Notes under the pieces: generated by a model
What the model was told of the DNA's origin: nothing
What the model saw: the letters and a program-made list of their open reading frames with translations, nothing else
The model's database searches: none
In this document: positions 1 to 8,103 of the stretch, one piece after another
How the letters are laid out: every line of letters starts with the position of its first letter
Numbering within the stretch: the stretch's first letter is position 1
Program-made: the position numbers and the translations under genes
IMG/VR virus record: IMGVR_UViG_3300008108_007691
Location: 52,305-72,304 of that record
Reading direction: 5' to 3' (one strand)
Length of the DNA: 20,000 nucleotides
Source of the DNA: an uncultured virus (IMG/VR IMGVR_UViG_3300008108_007691)
Lineage: Duplodnaviria; Heunggongvirae; Uroviricota; Caudoviricetes

Positions 1-2
1 TA

Positions 3-1760
3 AATGGTTCTGGAAATACCACACATCGATTGACTACACAAAGTTCTATAATTGGTGGTATAAGTAATTATATAAGTGGGCAGAATACCACAAATATATT
101 TGCATTAATAGGCCAAGGATTTTTGAATAGAATAATACCAACAAGAGGTGCTGGTTATAGTTTTCCATTCTCAATTTACCAACCTGAATTTGCAACCATT
201 TTGAATGGTACTGGAAATACAAACAAAACAAAATTCAGTACAATACTAAATGGTAAGGATAATTATATTGAATCGAGAGGCGGTAACGGCAATATGCCAA
301 AAACCGGTTATACAACCATTGTGAACGGAGTTGCAAATACAGCTATTACAAAACATGTATTTATAGGTACTGGAGTTGAAAATTATGCTGGTATTTTTGC
401 AAATCAAGGAAATCAAGGCTATAATGTAATTGTTAATGGCGTTCAAAATAAAGTTGTTAGAAAATGGGGCTCTATCTTAAATGGTTTCAAAAACTCAGCA
501 ACAACTTTTTATTCTACAGTTATAAATGGAGAATATAATTTAGCTAATGGAATAAAAACTTTCATAGCTCAAGGGTCTGGAAATACAGCAGGCTTTAATA
601 CTTATGCAACTATAATAAACGGTAAAAATAATACAGCAAGTGGAATTGGTAGTTTTATAGGAAATGGTTCTGGAAACACAGCAATAAATACATATTCATC
701 AACCATAAATGGTATAAGTAATAAAGCTACTGGAATAGGAAGTTTTATTGGAAATGGTCTTTCAAACACAACTCTAGGACAATATTCAGCGGTCGTTAAT
801 GGTCAAGAAAATATTACAAATGCAATTAGATCAGCAATTCTAAATGGTTCAGGAAATACTGTTAGTGCAGGTTCAACTAATTCATCAATAGTTGGAGGTT
901 CTGCAAATATTATAAATTCAAATGTAACAAACGCAGTAATTTTAGGAAGCACTGGTCTTTCATTATCAAATCCTTCTTCATCATCAACTGGAAATGATAA
1001 CAATCATACATATGTAGATTATCTTAGAATAAGGAACACACCAAACGGTGGAACAAAATTCCTTACCATAGATGCTAATGGATATGTTTATTCTTCAACA
1101 AGTGGAGGTGGTGGCGGTACATCAGGCTCTTCTGGTAGTTCCGGTGCAGCAGGTACATCAGGTTCCTCTGGTAGTTCAGGGAGTCGTGGTACATCTGGTT
1201 CTTCTGGTAGCTCTGGATCAAGTGGAACTTCTGGTACAAGTGGTACAGATAAGGGATTAATAGCTGCAAACTCTGGCTATATAAACAACCCTAATGCAAA
1301 TAGATATTATGTAGGTAATTCAATAGATGGAGGCTGGAATGCTGTTCCTTGGGATTTACAAGCAGGAATTAATGCCCCAGCAACTTTAACTGATAATTCA
1401 GATTTCAATTGTGGTGTTCCTTTACCAAGAGATATTGGGACCTCTTATAAAATTAAAGTTTGTGGAATGGCTTATTCAAGAGGAGCTGTAGGTGTATCGA
1501 GAAATTTGACAGTTCAATTGTCTTACCTATTATGTTCCGACTTTGCTATAGATGCAAGATCAACAAAAGCAATAGCAGACAATGAAGCAACACCCGTAGG
1601 TTTTAATTCAACAAGTGGACATGCATGTTTTTCAGTAAGTGCAAATGCTCCGGTAGATTTATTAGCATGTGAAACATTTCTTTATGTGGGATTTCAAGTA
1701 GATAATACCTTGGGAAATACTTTAGAATTTTCTTATACAATTAGCTATGAACCTGCTTAA
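3..1760 (+). CDS. 5'-truncated putative tail fibre / virion surface protein with beta-solenoid repeats and a Gly-X-Y (Gly-Ser-Ser) segment
   Basis: The frame is open from nt 3 (NGSGNTTHRL...), so the TTG at 30 is probably not the true start. There are many ~15-aa repeats of the form S/A-x-I-x-N-G-x-x-N-x-A (STILNGKDN, SFIGNGSGNT, SAVVNGQEN), then 15 Gly-X-Y triplets and a Cys-containing beta-rich C-terminal domain. It lies just upstream of terminase and portal. The function is inferred. Confidence 0.6.
   Translation, partial: NGSGNTTHRLTTQSSIIGGISNYISGQNTTNIFALIGQGFLNRIIPTRGAGYSFPFSIYQPEFATILNGTGNTNKTKFSTILNGKDNYIESRGGNGNMPKTGYTTIVNGVANTAITKHVFIGTGVENYAGIFANQGNQGYNVIVNGVQNKVVRKWGSILNGFKNSATTFYSTVINGEYNLANGIKTFIAQGSGNTAGFNTYATIINGKNNTASGIGSFIGNGSGNTAINTYSSTINGISNKATGIGSFIGNGLSNTTLGQYSAVVNGQENITNAIRSAILNGSGNTVSAGSTNSSIVGGSANIINSNVTNAVILGSTGLSLSNPSSSSTGNDNNHTYVDYLRIRNTPNGGTKFLTIDANGYVYSSTSGGGGGTSGSSGSSGAAGTSGSSGSSGSRGTSGSSGSSGSSGTSGTSGTDKGLIAANSGYINNPNANRYYVGNSIDGGWNAVPWDLQAGINAPATLTDNSDFNCGVPLPRDIGTSYKIKVCGMAYSRGAVGVSRNLTVQLSYLLCSDFAIDARSTKAIADNEATPVGFNSTSGHACFSVSANAPVDLLACETFLYVGFQVDNTLGNTLEFSYTISYEPA
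1116..1250 (+). repeat. Collagen-like (Gly-X-Y)15 coding repeat with a 36-nt super-period
   Basis: Translation: GTS GSS GSS GAA GTS GSS GSS GSR GTS GSS GSS GSS GTS GTS GTD. DNA units ggtacatcaggctcttctggtagttcc / ggtacatcaggttcctctggtagttca / ggtacatctggttcttctggtagctct start at 1116, 1152 and 1188. Confidence 0.9.
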
Positions 1761-1780
1761 AAAAATAAATAAATACTAAA

Positions 1781-2098
1781 ATGATAGACGCAACAACAGG
1801 ACAAACAGTTTATGAAATAGTTCAATCGTTTGATACCAATAATAATCCGGTATCTGCTGCAACTTTTGATTTGAATTTCTATGTGAATGGCCAAATCTCA
1901 AACACAATAATACCTGATATAAATCTAATAAATCAGAGTGCTGCTACTTTTTCGGTAAGTTGGTCTTCTGACACTTATGGTTATCATCAATTTTATTTGA
2001 GAAATCAAACAACAAATGTTATGTATGTTTCAGAATTATACAATGTTAATTCTGGTGCAACTGTAAATTCTCAACCTATAGTATATGTAGGTTTATAA
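1781..2098 (+). CDS. Hypothetical protein (105 aa), beta-strand rich, possibly an Ig-like virion protein
   Basis: Clean ORF with an A-rich leader, co-oriented between the fibre gene and terminase. Alternating hydrophobic patterns (FDLNFYVNG, FSVSW, HQFYL) suggest beta strands. Confidence 0.65.
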   Translation: MIDATTGQTVYEIVQSFDTNNNPVSAATFDLNFYVNGQISNTIIPDINLINQSAATFSVSWSSDTYGYHQFYLRNQTTNVMYVSELYNVNSGATVNSQPIVYVGL

Positions 2099-2115
2099 TC
2101 ATTCAATTTTTCTAT

Positions 2116-2151
2116 AATAGCTCTATTTTTAATAATAGAGCTATTTATTTT
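2116..2151 (+). terminator. Perfect 12-bp inverted repeat followed by a T-rich tract (terminator or translational-control hairpin)
   Basis: AATAGCTCTATT (2116-2127), loop TTTAAT, AATAGAGCTATT (2134-2145), then TATTTT. The stem ends 8 nt before the terminase ATG. Confidence 0.6.
2142..2148 (+). promoter_or_regulatory. TATTTAT motif, candidate phage late-promoter element upstream of terminase
   Basis: The motif sits 5 nt before the ATG at 2154. The same heptamer precedes the portal and two - strand genes. Confidence 0.4.
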
Positions 2152-2153
2152 AG

Positions 2154-4895
2154 ATGACACCTCAAGAGATACAAGAATATATTAAATGTGCAAAAGATCC
2201 AGTTTATTTTCTAAATAACTATGGATATGTTTATGATATTAGAAAAAGCAAAGTAGATAAATTATCTTGTTTTGAGTATCAAGAGAATGTATTGAAAAAT
2301 TACATAAAATATCAGAATAATATTATTCTAAAATCAAGACAATGTTTACCAGAAGATACTTTTATAAGTACACCAGATGGGCCAAAAAAAATAAGTGAAA
2401 TAAACAAAGGAGATATAGTATATTCATTCAATTTAAATAAAAATAAATATGAATTAGATACGGTTTATGATCATTGGGAATGCGGAGAAATAGAATCTGT
2501 AAAAATAAAATTAAAAGATTCAAGAAATATTGTTGTTGGTGAAAATCACCCTTTTTTCATAAAAAATAAAAACAAATGGGTATCAGCAAAAGATTTAGAA
2601 ATTGACGATGAAATTTTAGATCAAAAATTTCAATTTGGGGAAATTGAAGCTGATATAAATGAAATAAAATTGTTAGCTTATCTCATAACGGATGGAAGTA
2701 CAATCAAACAAGTAAAATTTACAAACAACAATATTGATTATCTAAAAGAATTTGAAGAATCAATAAATTATATTTTTCCAGAATTAAGTTTAAGAAAAAT
2801 ACCAAAACTAAAAGGATTCGATTATTTACCTCATCAAAAGCATGGGGTTAATACCAAAAGTCCAATCATGGAATGGTGTGAAAATAAAAAAATAGCTGGA
2901 AAGAAAACAGAAAATAAAATATTACCTCAAGAAGTTTTTTATTGGAATAAGAATTCATTATCTATTTTATTAAATAGAATGTTTGCAGGAGATGGTTGGA
3001 TAAGTATTTTAAAGAAAAAAACAAATAAAAGATTAGAAATAGGAATAGCTTCCCCAAGCAAGGAATTTTTAGAACAAGTAAAATTTTTATTAAAAAAATT
3101 TGATATTAAATGTAATATTTATGAAGTTAAAAATATGAAACTTCAAAAAAATCCTTTTTTTAAATTAAGAATAACTCACTCCAAAAGCATATCAAAATTT
3201 ATTAATGATATAGGAATTTATAAAAAAATAAATTCAGAACACGTTTCAATTTCAAATTCAAGAAAACATGATGTAAAAGATCAATCAAAAGTTAGAAAAA
3301 TAGAGAGAGTTGGAAAAATTAATTGTTATGACATTTCAGTAACTAAAAATGAAAACTACTTTATTGATGGTCTTTTAGTTCACAATACAGGACTTTCTGT
3401 AATCACAGCAGGCTTTGTAGTTTGGATGTTATTGTTCAAAATGGACCAAAGAATATTAATTGTTGCAAACGATGGTGCTGGAGCAATTCGTTTTTTAAGT
3501 ACCGTTAAACAATATTTTCAATTTCTTCCTAAATTTTTATTTGATCCAGATACACAATCTGAAAAAGACAATGAAAAATTCTTTTCATTGAAAAATCCAG
3601 AAGGTAAAATATCATGGGTAAAAGCAGTTGCAAGTTCCAAAAATGCAGGTCGTGGAGAATCATTAACAATGTTGATATTGGATGAGACTGCGTTTATAGA
3701 GAATGCAGAAGATATTTGGATGGCTGCTGGTCTTGCTTTATCTGCAACACAAGGTAAATGTATCATGATAAGCACTCCACAAGGCACGGGGAACCTATAT
3801 CATAGAACTTGGGTTGGAACAAAAAAGAGTGAAAATGATTTTATACCATTTGAAATACATTGGACTCAACATCCTGTTTATTGTAAAGAAATGGAGGAAA
3901 AAATTAATGATTATGGTCAAAAATATTGGACAAGTCCATGGTATGAAAAAGAATGTGAACGATTACAGTATGATAGGGTAAAAATCGCACAAGAGTTAGA
4001 TTTGTCATTTGAGGGTTCAAGACAATTGGTTATTGAAAGTGCTATTATTGAAAAATACAAAAGATCTATTATAAACGAAAAACCAGAATTTTATTATGAT
4101 TATACAAGGTCTGAAGAAAGATTTATCAATACAAAAACAAATTTTTGGGTTTGGAAAAAACCAGAATATGGAAAAAACTACATTGTGGGCGGAGACGTTG
4201 CAAGAGGCGATTCAAAAGACTTTTCAACATTACAAGTTTTTGACGCTGATACATGTGAACAAGTAGCAGAGTATCAAGGTAAAATTCCACCAGATGTATT
4301 TGGAAGCTTAATTGATAAAGTTGGACGTGATTATAATAATGCTTATTTGGTAATCGAATGTAATAGTTTTGGTTTAGCAACAACTTTGAATATAAAAAAT
4401 AGTCTTAAATATCCAGAAGACAGAATTTATCATTCAAAATCAATAAAAGACATTATAAATCCGGTAGCAAAAGTTAAAATCAAAGAGAATGATGATATTC
4501 CCGGTATTCAAACAACTCAGGTAACAAGACCTTTAATTATAAGCAGTTTAAATTCTTATATGAGAGAAGGAAAGATTAAGATAAATTCAGTGAGATTACT
4601 GGAGGAATTTGATACTTTTATATATAATGGCAATAAACCAGAACATGCTGATGGATTTAATGATGATTTAATTTTTGCTTTGGGAGTATTACTTTTTGTA
4701 AGAGATACTGAATATTTCAAACATTTTGCCAGTAGAGATTTATACAAAGCTATGATTGGTGCGATTTCGAACCAAAAAACTGAAATCGGAGATAAAATAG
4801 ATTTTGATTCCAAACCAACAGAGGGTATTATTTTGACGAGTCAAAACAGAAAATCAGACGATGATAATGATTTGAGCTGGTTGATGTCTGGATAA
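2154..4895 (+). CDS. terL: Terminase large subunit (T4 gp17-like), intein-containing; 565 aa after splicing
   Basis: N-terminal EYIKCAKDPVYF; Walker A KSRQ|TGLS after intein removal; GRGES; Walker B MLILDETAF; coupling motif ISTPQG; RNase H-like nuclease motifs YIVGGDVARG..DFS, VIECN and DDLIFA. Confidence 0.95.
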   Translation: MTPQEIQEYIKCAKDPVYFLNNYGYVYDIRKSKVDKLSCFEYQENVLKNYIKYQNNIILKSRQCLPEDTFISTPDGPKKISEINKGDIVYSFNLNKNKYELDTVYDHWECGEIESVKIKLKDSRNIVVGENHPFFIKNKNKWVSAKDLEIDDEILDQKFQFGEIEADINEIKLLAYLITDGSTIKQVKFTNNNIDYLKEFEESINYIFPELSLRKIPKLKGFDYLPHQKHGVNTKSPIMEWCENKKIAGKKTENKILPQEVFYWNKNSLSILLNRMFAGDGWISILKKKTNKRLEIGIASPSKEFLEQVKFLLKKFDIKCNIYEVKNMKLQKNPFFKLRITHSKSISKFINDIGIYKKINSEHVSISNSRKHDVKDQSKVRKIERVGKINCYDISVTKNENYFIDGLLVHNTGLSVITAGFVVWMLLFKMDQRILIVANDGAGAIRFLSTVKQYFQFLPKFLFDPDTQSEKDNEKFFSLKNPEGKISWVKAVASSKNAGRGESLTMLILDETAFIENAEDIWMAAGLALSATQGKCIMISTPQGTGNLYHRTWVGTKKSENDFIPFEIHWTQHPVYCKEMEEKINDYGQKYWTSPWYEKECERLQYDRVKIAQELDLSFEGSRQLVIESAIIEKYKRSIINEKPEFYYDYTRSEERFINTKTNFWVWKKPEYGKNYIVGGDVARGDSKDFSTLQVFDADTCEQVAEYQGKIPPDVFGSLIDKVGRDYNNAYLVIECNSFGLATTLNIKNSLKYPEDRIYHSKSIKDIINPVAKVKIKENDDIPGIQTTQVTRPLIISSLNSYMREGKIKINSVRLLEEFDTFIYNGNKPEHADGFNDDLIFALGVLLFVRDTEYFKHFASRDLYKAMIGAISNQKTEIGDKIDFDSKPTEGIILTSQNRKSDDDNDLSWLMSG
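2343..3386 (+). mobile_element. Intein (348 aa) with a LAGLIDADG homing endonuclease, inserted in the terminase Walker A
   Basis: It starts CLPEDTFIST (block A) and ends YDISV..NENYFIDGLLVHN followed by Thr(+1). LAGLIDADG-type blocks are LLAYLITDG (2670-2696) and LLNRMFAGDG (2967-2996). Removal restores KSRQTGLS. Confidence 0.95.
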
Positions 4896-4943
4896 AAATC
4901 TATAATTATATGATTTGCTAATCAATTTAATTAATTTAAGAGA

Positions 4944-4950
4944 TATTTAT
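4944..4950 (+). promoter_or_regulatory. TATTTAT motif, candidate late-promoter element upstream of portal
   Basis: gaTATTTATtattATG: the motif is 4 nt before the start codon at 4955. Confidence 0.4.
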
Positions 4951-4954
4951 TATT

Positions 4955-7900
4955 ATGGCAAACGAATTAGACCCAAAAAGTGTATTTTATGGTGTTATGA
5001 GGGCTTTAAGAGGTCGAAAAGACCCGATGAAGTCTTTGGAACAAAGTAAGGATATATTATCCAGTACTCCTCCGACACAATCCTCTGATATTAATTTTAT
5101 TCAGCAAAAACAACAACAATATCTTGACATACAATCTGTTAAAATTGCTCAAGATTTATATTCAAGAACGTTGTTTTATGATTCAGACAGAATTACAGCA
5201 TATAACGATTTTAGGTCCATGGATTTGTCTCCTGAAATCGCTGCTGCTTTAGATATAATCTCAGATGAAGTTTGCACTAGAAGTGAAAGGGGTCATGTAA
5301 TAACAATATATTCTGATAATTTAAGAATAAAGAAAATTTTACAAGAATTATTTTATAATACATTAAATGCTGAATTTAATTTAAGTTTTTGGACAAGAGA
5401 ATTATGTAAATACGGAGATTGTTTCTTGAAATTAGAAATTGATCAGGATCAAGGAATATACGATTGTATGATTTTACCAGTTGGTGAAATTCATAAAGAA
5501 GTTGGTTATGATGGAAATCCAAAATCGACAAGATACAAATGGGATATTAACAATATGTTTTTTGAGGAATGGCAAGTTGCTCACTTTTGTTTATTATTTG
5601 ATGCTTCAAGATTGCCTTATGGTAGAAGTTTGTTAGATCCTGCAAGAAAACTTTGGAAACAATTACAGTTAGCAGAAGACGCTATGTTGGTTTATCGTTT
5701 ATCCAGAGCACCTGAGAGGAGAATATTTTATATTGAAGTTGGGAACACAGATCCAAATGATGTTTATCAATTAATTGAGCAGGTAAAAAAGAATGTTAAA
5801 AAATCTCCTGTTGTTGATCCGAATAGTGGTCAAGTAAATTTAAAATACAATCCAATAACTTACGAAGAGGATTATTTCTTGCCAATAAGAGGGGATAAGA
5901 GTTCTAAAATTGAAACTTTACCCGGAGCATGTCTTGCTTTAGATACAAAAATTGAATTATTAGATGGAAGAAGCCTAGAACTAAAAGATATAATTTCTGA
6001 ATTTGAAAATGGAAAACAACTTTGGTCATATTCAATTAATCCAGAAACAGGAGAAATAGTTCCCGGAAAAATAACTTGGGCTGGATTAACTAGAAAAAAT
6101 ACTGATGTAGTAAAAATAACATTAGATAATGGTGAAACAATTACCACAACACCTGATCACAAATTTCCAACTAAATTTAATGGAATTAAACAAGCAAAGG
6201 ATTTGCAAATAGGTGAATCTATGTGGTCATTCAATAAAAAATTTCAAAAAATTAAAGGAGCTGGTAAAAAAAGAAAAAGAAACACTTATGAAATGGTGTT
6301 TGATCATAATTCAAATGAATGGATATATACACATAGATTAGTAGCTAATTATTTTAAAAATTTAAATGAACATGAAATATTTTCATATCTAAATGAATAT
6401 TTTGATAGTGAAAAAAACACAATTCATCACAAAGACTTCAATAGATATAACAATTCACCCGAAAATTTATGTTTTATGAATCCGAAAGATCATTTTTATT
6501 ATCACCAAGATAAAATTGATGAAATGTATAAATTTTTTGGAAATGAAATAACTGAATCATGGAAAAAAGAAAGAAAAAAGGGACTTGTAAAATATTTTGA
6601 AAACCTTAGCCCTGAAGAGCTTGATAAAAAAATAAAGACAGCGATAGATAACAGTTTAAAATCAAGAAAAAAATCAGCTTCTACTTTTAAAAGTAATCCA
6701 AAAAAAGATGAAATAATTAAAAGAACTTCTAATAAAGCAAAAATAACTAAAAACAAGTTAGAAAATAAAATTCGATACAGTCAAAACTCAAAAAAATTAT
6801 GGGAAAATAAAGATTATGTAGAAAGTGTTATTGGTCCACAAAGGATTAAATATGATGAAAGAATGATCTCTATTTTATCTGATTTGATAAAAAATGGTTT
6901 TAATAAAACTCAGGATATTTTACCAATTATAAATGATTCAAACAATGAATTTTATAAAATTTTTAATGAGTTAAATTCAAATAATAAACAATTTTTAAAA
7001 AGCAAAGGAATCACACATAATAATTTAGATAAATTAGTAAAACATTTTGGATACAAAAATTGGAGAGAATTCAAAAATAGTGCTTATTGCTACAACCATA
7101 AAATTGTTTCAGTGGAATTTTTATCCGATAAACAAGATACAGGAACTATCACAATTGATGGCCCTGAACAATATCATAATTTTCACAATTTTGCTTTAAC
7201 CGTAGGCATTTTTACACAAAATTCTAATTTAGATGCCATAGCCGATATAGAATATTTACAAAACAAATTATTTGCTGCAATCAAAGTTCCAAAAACATAT
7301 TTGAACTATGCTGAATCTATGCCGGGAGGTTCAACTCTTTCTCAAGTTGATTTGAGATTTGCTAGAACTATAAACAGAATTCAAGAACAGATAGTTCTTG
7401 AATTAAGAAGAATAGCTAATGTACATTTATACTTTTTAGGATTTGAAGATGACTTAGATAATTTTACTTTGACTTTGACAAATCCATCAACACAGCTAGA
7501 GTTATTAAAACTCGAAACTTGGAAAGCAAGAATGGAAGTTTTCAAAGAATTATTCTCAAGTGATGCCACTGCTCCTGTTTCTTATTCTTGGGCAATGGAA
7601 TATATTCTAGGTTTTTCAAAGTCAGAGATCAAACAAATTCTTAGACAAAAGAAAGTTGAAAAGAAAATGTTTTCTGAGATTGAGAGAGCAAATGATGAAT
7701 ATATGGATACTGGTATATTCAAAGATTTGGATGAAAAATTTAGAAAACCAGATTTTGATGCTGGTGATGGTGGTTCAACACCTGAAGGTGGATCTGAATC
7801 ATCAGGGGGAGAAGAGTCCAGTGGAGGTTTTGGAGGTTCTAGCGTATTAGGTGGTCTTGGAGGTGGTGCAGAAGCAACACCAGAAGCAACCCCTGAATTA

Positions 7901-8098
7901 GGAGGAGCTGAAGCAGCACCGGAAGCAGGTGGAACTGAACCAGCAGCAGGCGGAGCAGAAGCTGAAGCTGGTGCCCCTTTAACTGAAAATAAATTAATTG
8001 TTGAAAATAGAAAATTTGATATCCAAACAAGAAAAATGATGAAAAGCATAGACTCATATTTGAATAAGATCAAGGATGAGAATAGTGATTCTGAATAA
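4955..8098 (+). CDS. Portal protein (T4 gp20-like), intein-containing; 616 aa after splicing
   Basis: gp20-family motifs: PEIAAALDIISDE, LPYGRSLL..ARKLWKQL.L.EDAMLVYRLSRAPERRIFYIEVG, EEDYFLP.RG and, after splicing, IETLPGA|SNL..I.DIEYLQNKLFAAIKVPK. It is adjacent to terminase. Confidence 0.93.
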   Translation: MANELDPKSVFYGVMRALRGRKDPMKSLEQSKDILSSTPPTQSSDINFIQQKQQQYLDIQSVKIAQDLYSRTLFYDSDRITAYNDFRSMDLSPEIAAALDIISDEVCTRSERGHVITIYSDNLRIKKILQELFYNTLNAEFNLSFWTRELCKYGDCFLKLEIDQDQGIYDCMILPVGEIHKEVGYDGNPKSTRYKWDINNMFFEEWQVAHFCLLFDASRLPYGRSLLDPARKLWKQLQLAEDAMLVYRLSRAPERRIFYIEVGNTDPNDVYQLIEQVKKNVKKSPVVDPNSGQVNLKYNPITYEEDYFLPIRGDKSSKIETLPGACLALDTKIELLDGRSLELKDIISEFENGKQLWSYSINPETGEIVPGKITWAGLTRKNTDVVKITLDNGETITTTPDHKFPTKFNGIKQAKDLQIGESMWSFNKKFQKIKGAGKKRKRNTYEMVFDHNSNEWIYTHRLVANYFKNLNEHEIFSYLNEYFDSEKNTIHHKDFNRYNNSPENLCFMNPKDHFYYHQDKIDEMYKFFGNEITESWKKERKKGLVKYFENLSPEELDKKIKTAIDNSLKSRKKSASTFKSNPKKDEIIKRTSNKAKITKNKLENKIRYSQNSKKLWENKDYVESVIGPQRIKYDERMISILSDLIKNGFNKTQDILPIINDSNNEFYKIFNELNSNNKQFLKSKGITHNNLDKLVKHFGYKNWREFKNSAYCYNHKIVSVEFLSDKQDTGTITIDGPEQYHNFHNFALTVGIFTQNSNLDAIADIEYLQNKLFAAIKVPKTYLNYAESMPGGSTLSQVDLRFARTINRIQEQIVLELRRIANVHLYFLGFEDDLDNFTLTLTNPSTQLELLKLETWKARMEVFKELFSSDATAPVSYSWAMEYILGFSKSEIKQILRQKKVEKKMFSEIERANDEYMDTGIFKDLDEKFRKPDFDAGDGGSTPEGGSESSGGEESSGGFGGSSVLGGLGGGAEATPEATPELGGAEAAPEAGGTEPAAGGAEAEAGAPLTENKLIVENRKFDIQTRKMMKSIDSYLNKIKDENSDSE
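5930..7222 (+). mobile_element. Intein (431 aa) with an HNH-type endonuclease, inserted in the portal
   Basis: It starts CLALDTKIELLDG, has block B ITTTPDHKF, and ends HNFALTVGIFTQN followed by Ser(+1). The internal HNH signature is WIYTHRLVA...IHHKDFNRYNNSPENL (6317-6469). Confidence 0.93.
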
Positions 8099-8103
8099 AT
8101 TAT

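Noticed and set aside
30..32. TTG at 30 as the start of the first CDS
   Set aside because: The frame is open to the window edge and the upstream codons (NGSGNT) continue the same repeat, so the gene most likely starts before the window.
1116..1250. 36-nt periodic repeats as a CRISPR array
   Set aside because: There are no unique spacers; variation is at synonymous positions within an open reading frame, so it is a protein repeat.
2343..7222. The two insertions as group I introns or free-standing homing endonuclease genes
   Set aside because: Both are in frame without stops and are bounded by Cys...Asn|Thr or Cys...Asn|Ser protein-splicing motifs.
46..7850. Short alternative-frame and antisense ORFs inside the fibre, terminase and portal genes (e.g. 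803-1003, 1072-1260, 3518-3787, 4556-4813, 5872-6147, 6502-6756)
   Set aside because: They are fully nested in well-supported genes, have no recognisable motifs, and are typical codon-bias shadows.
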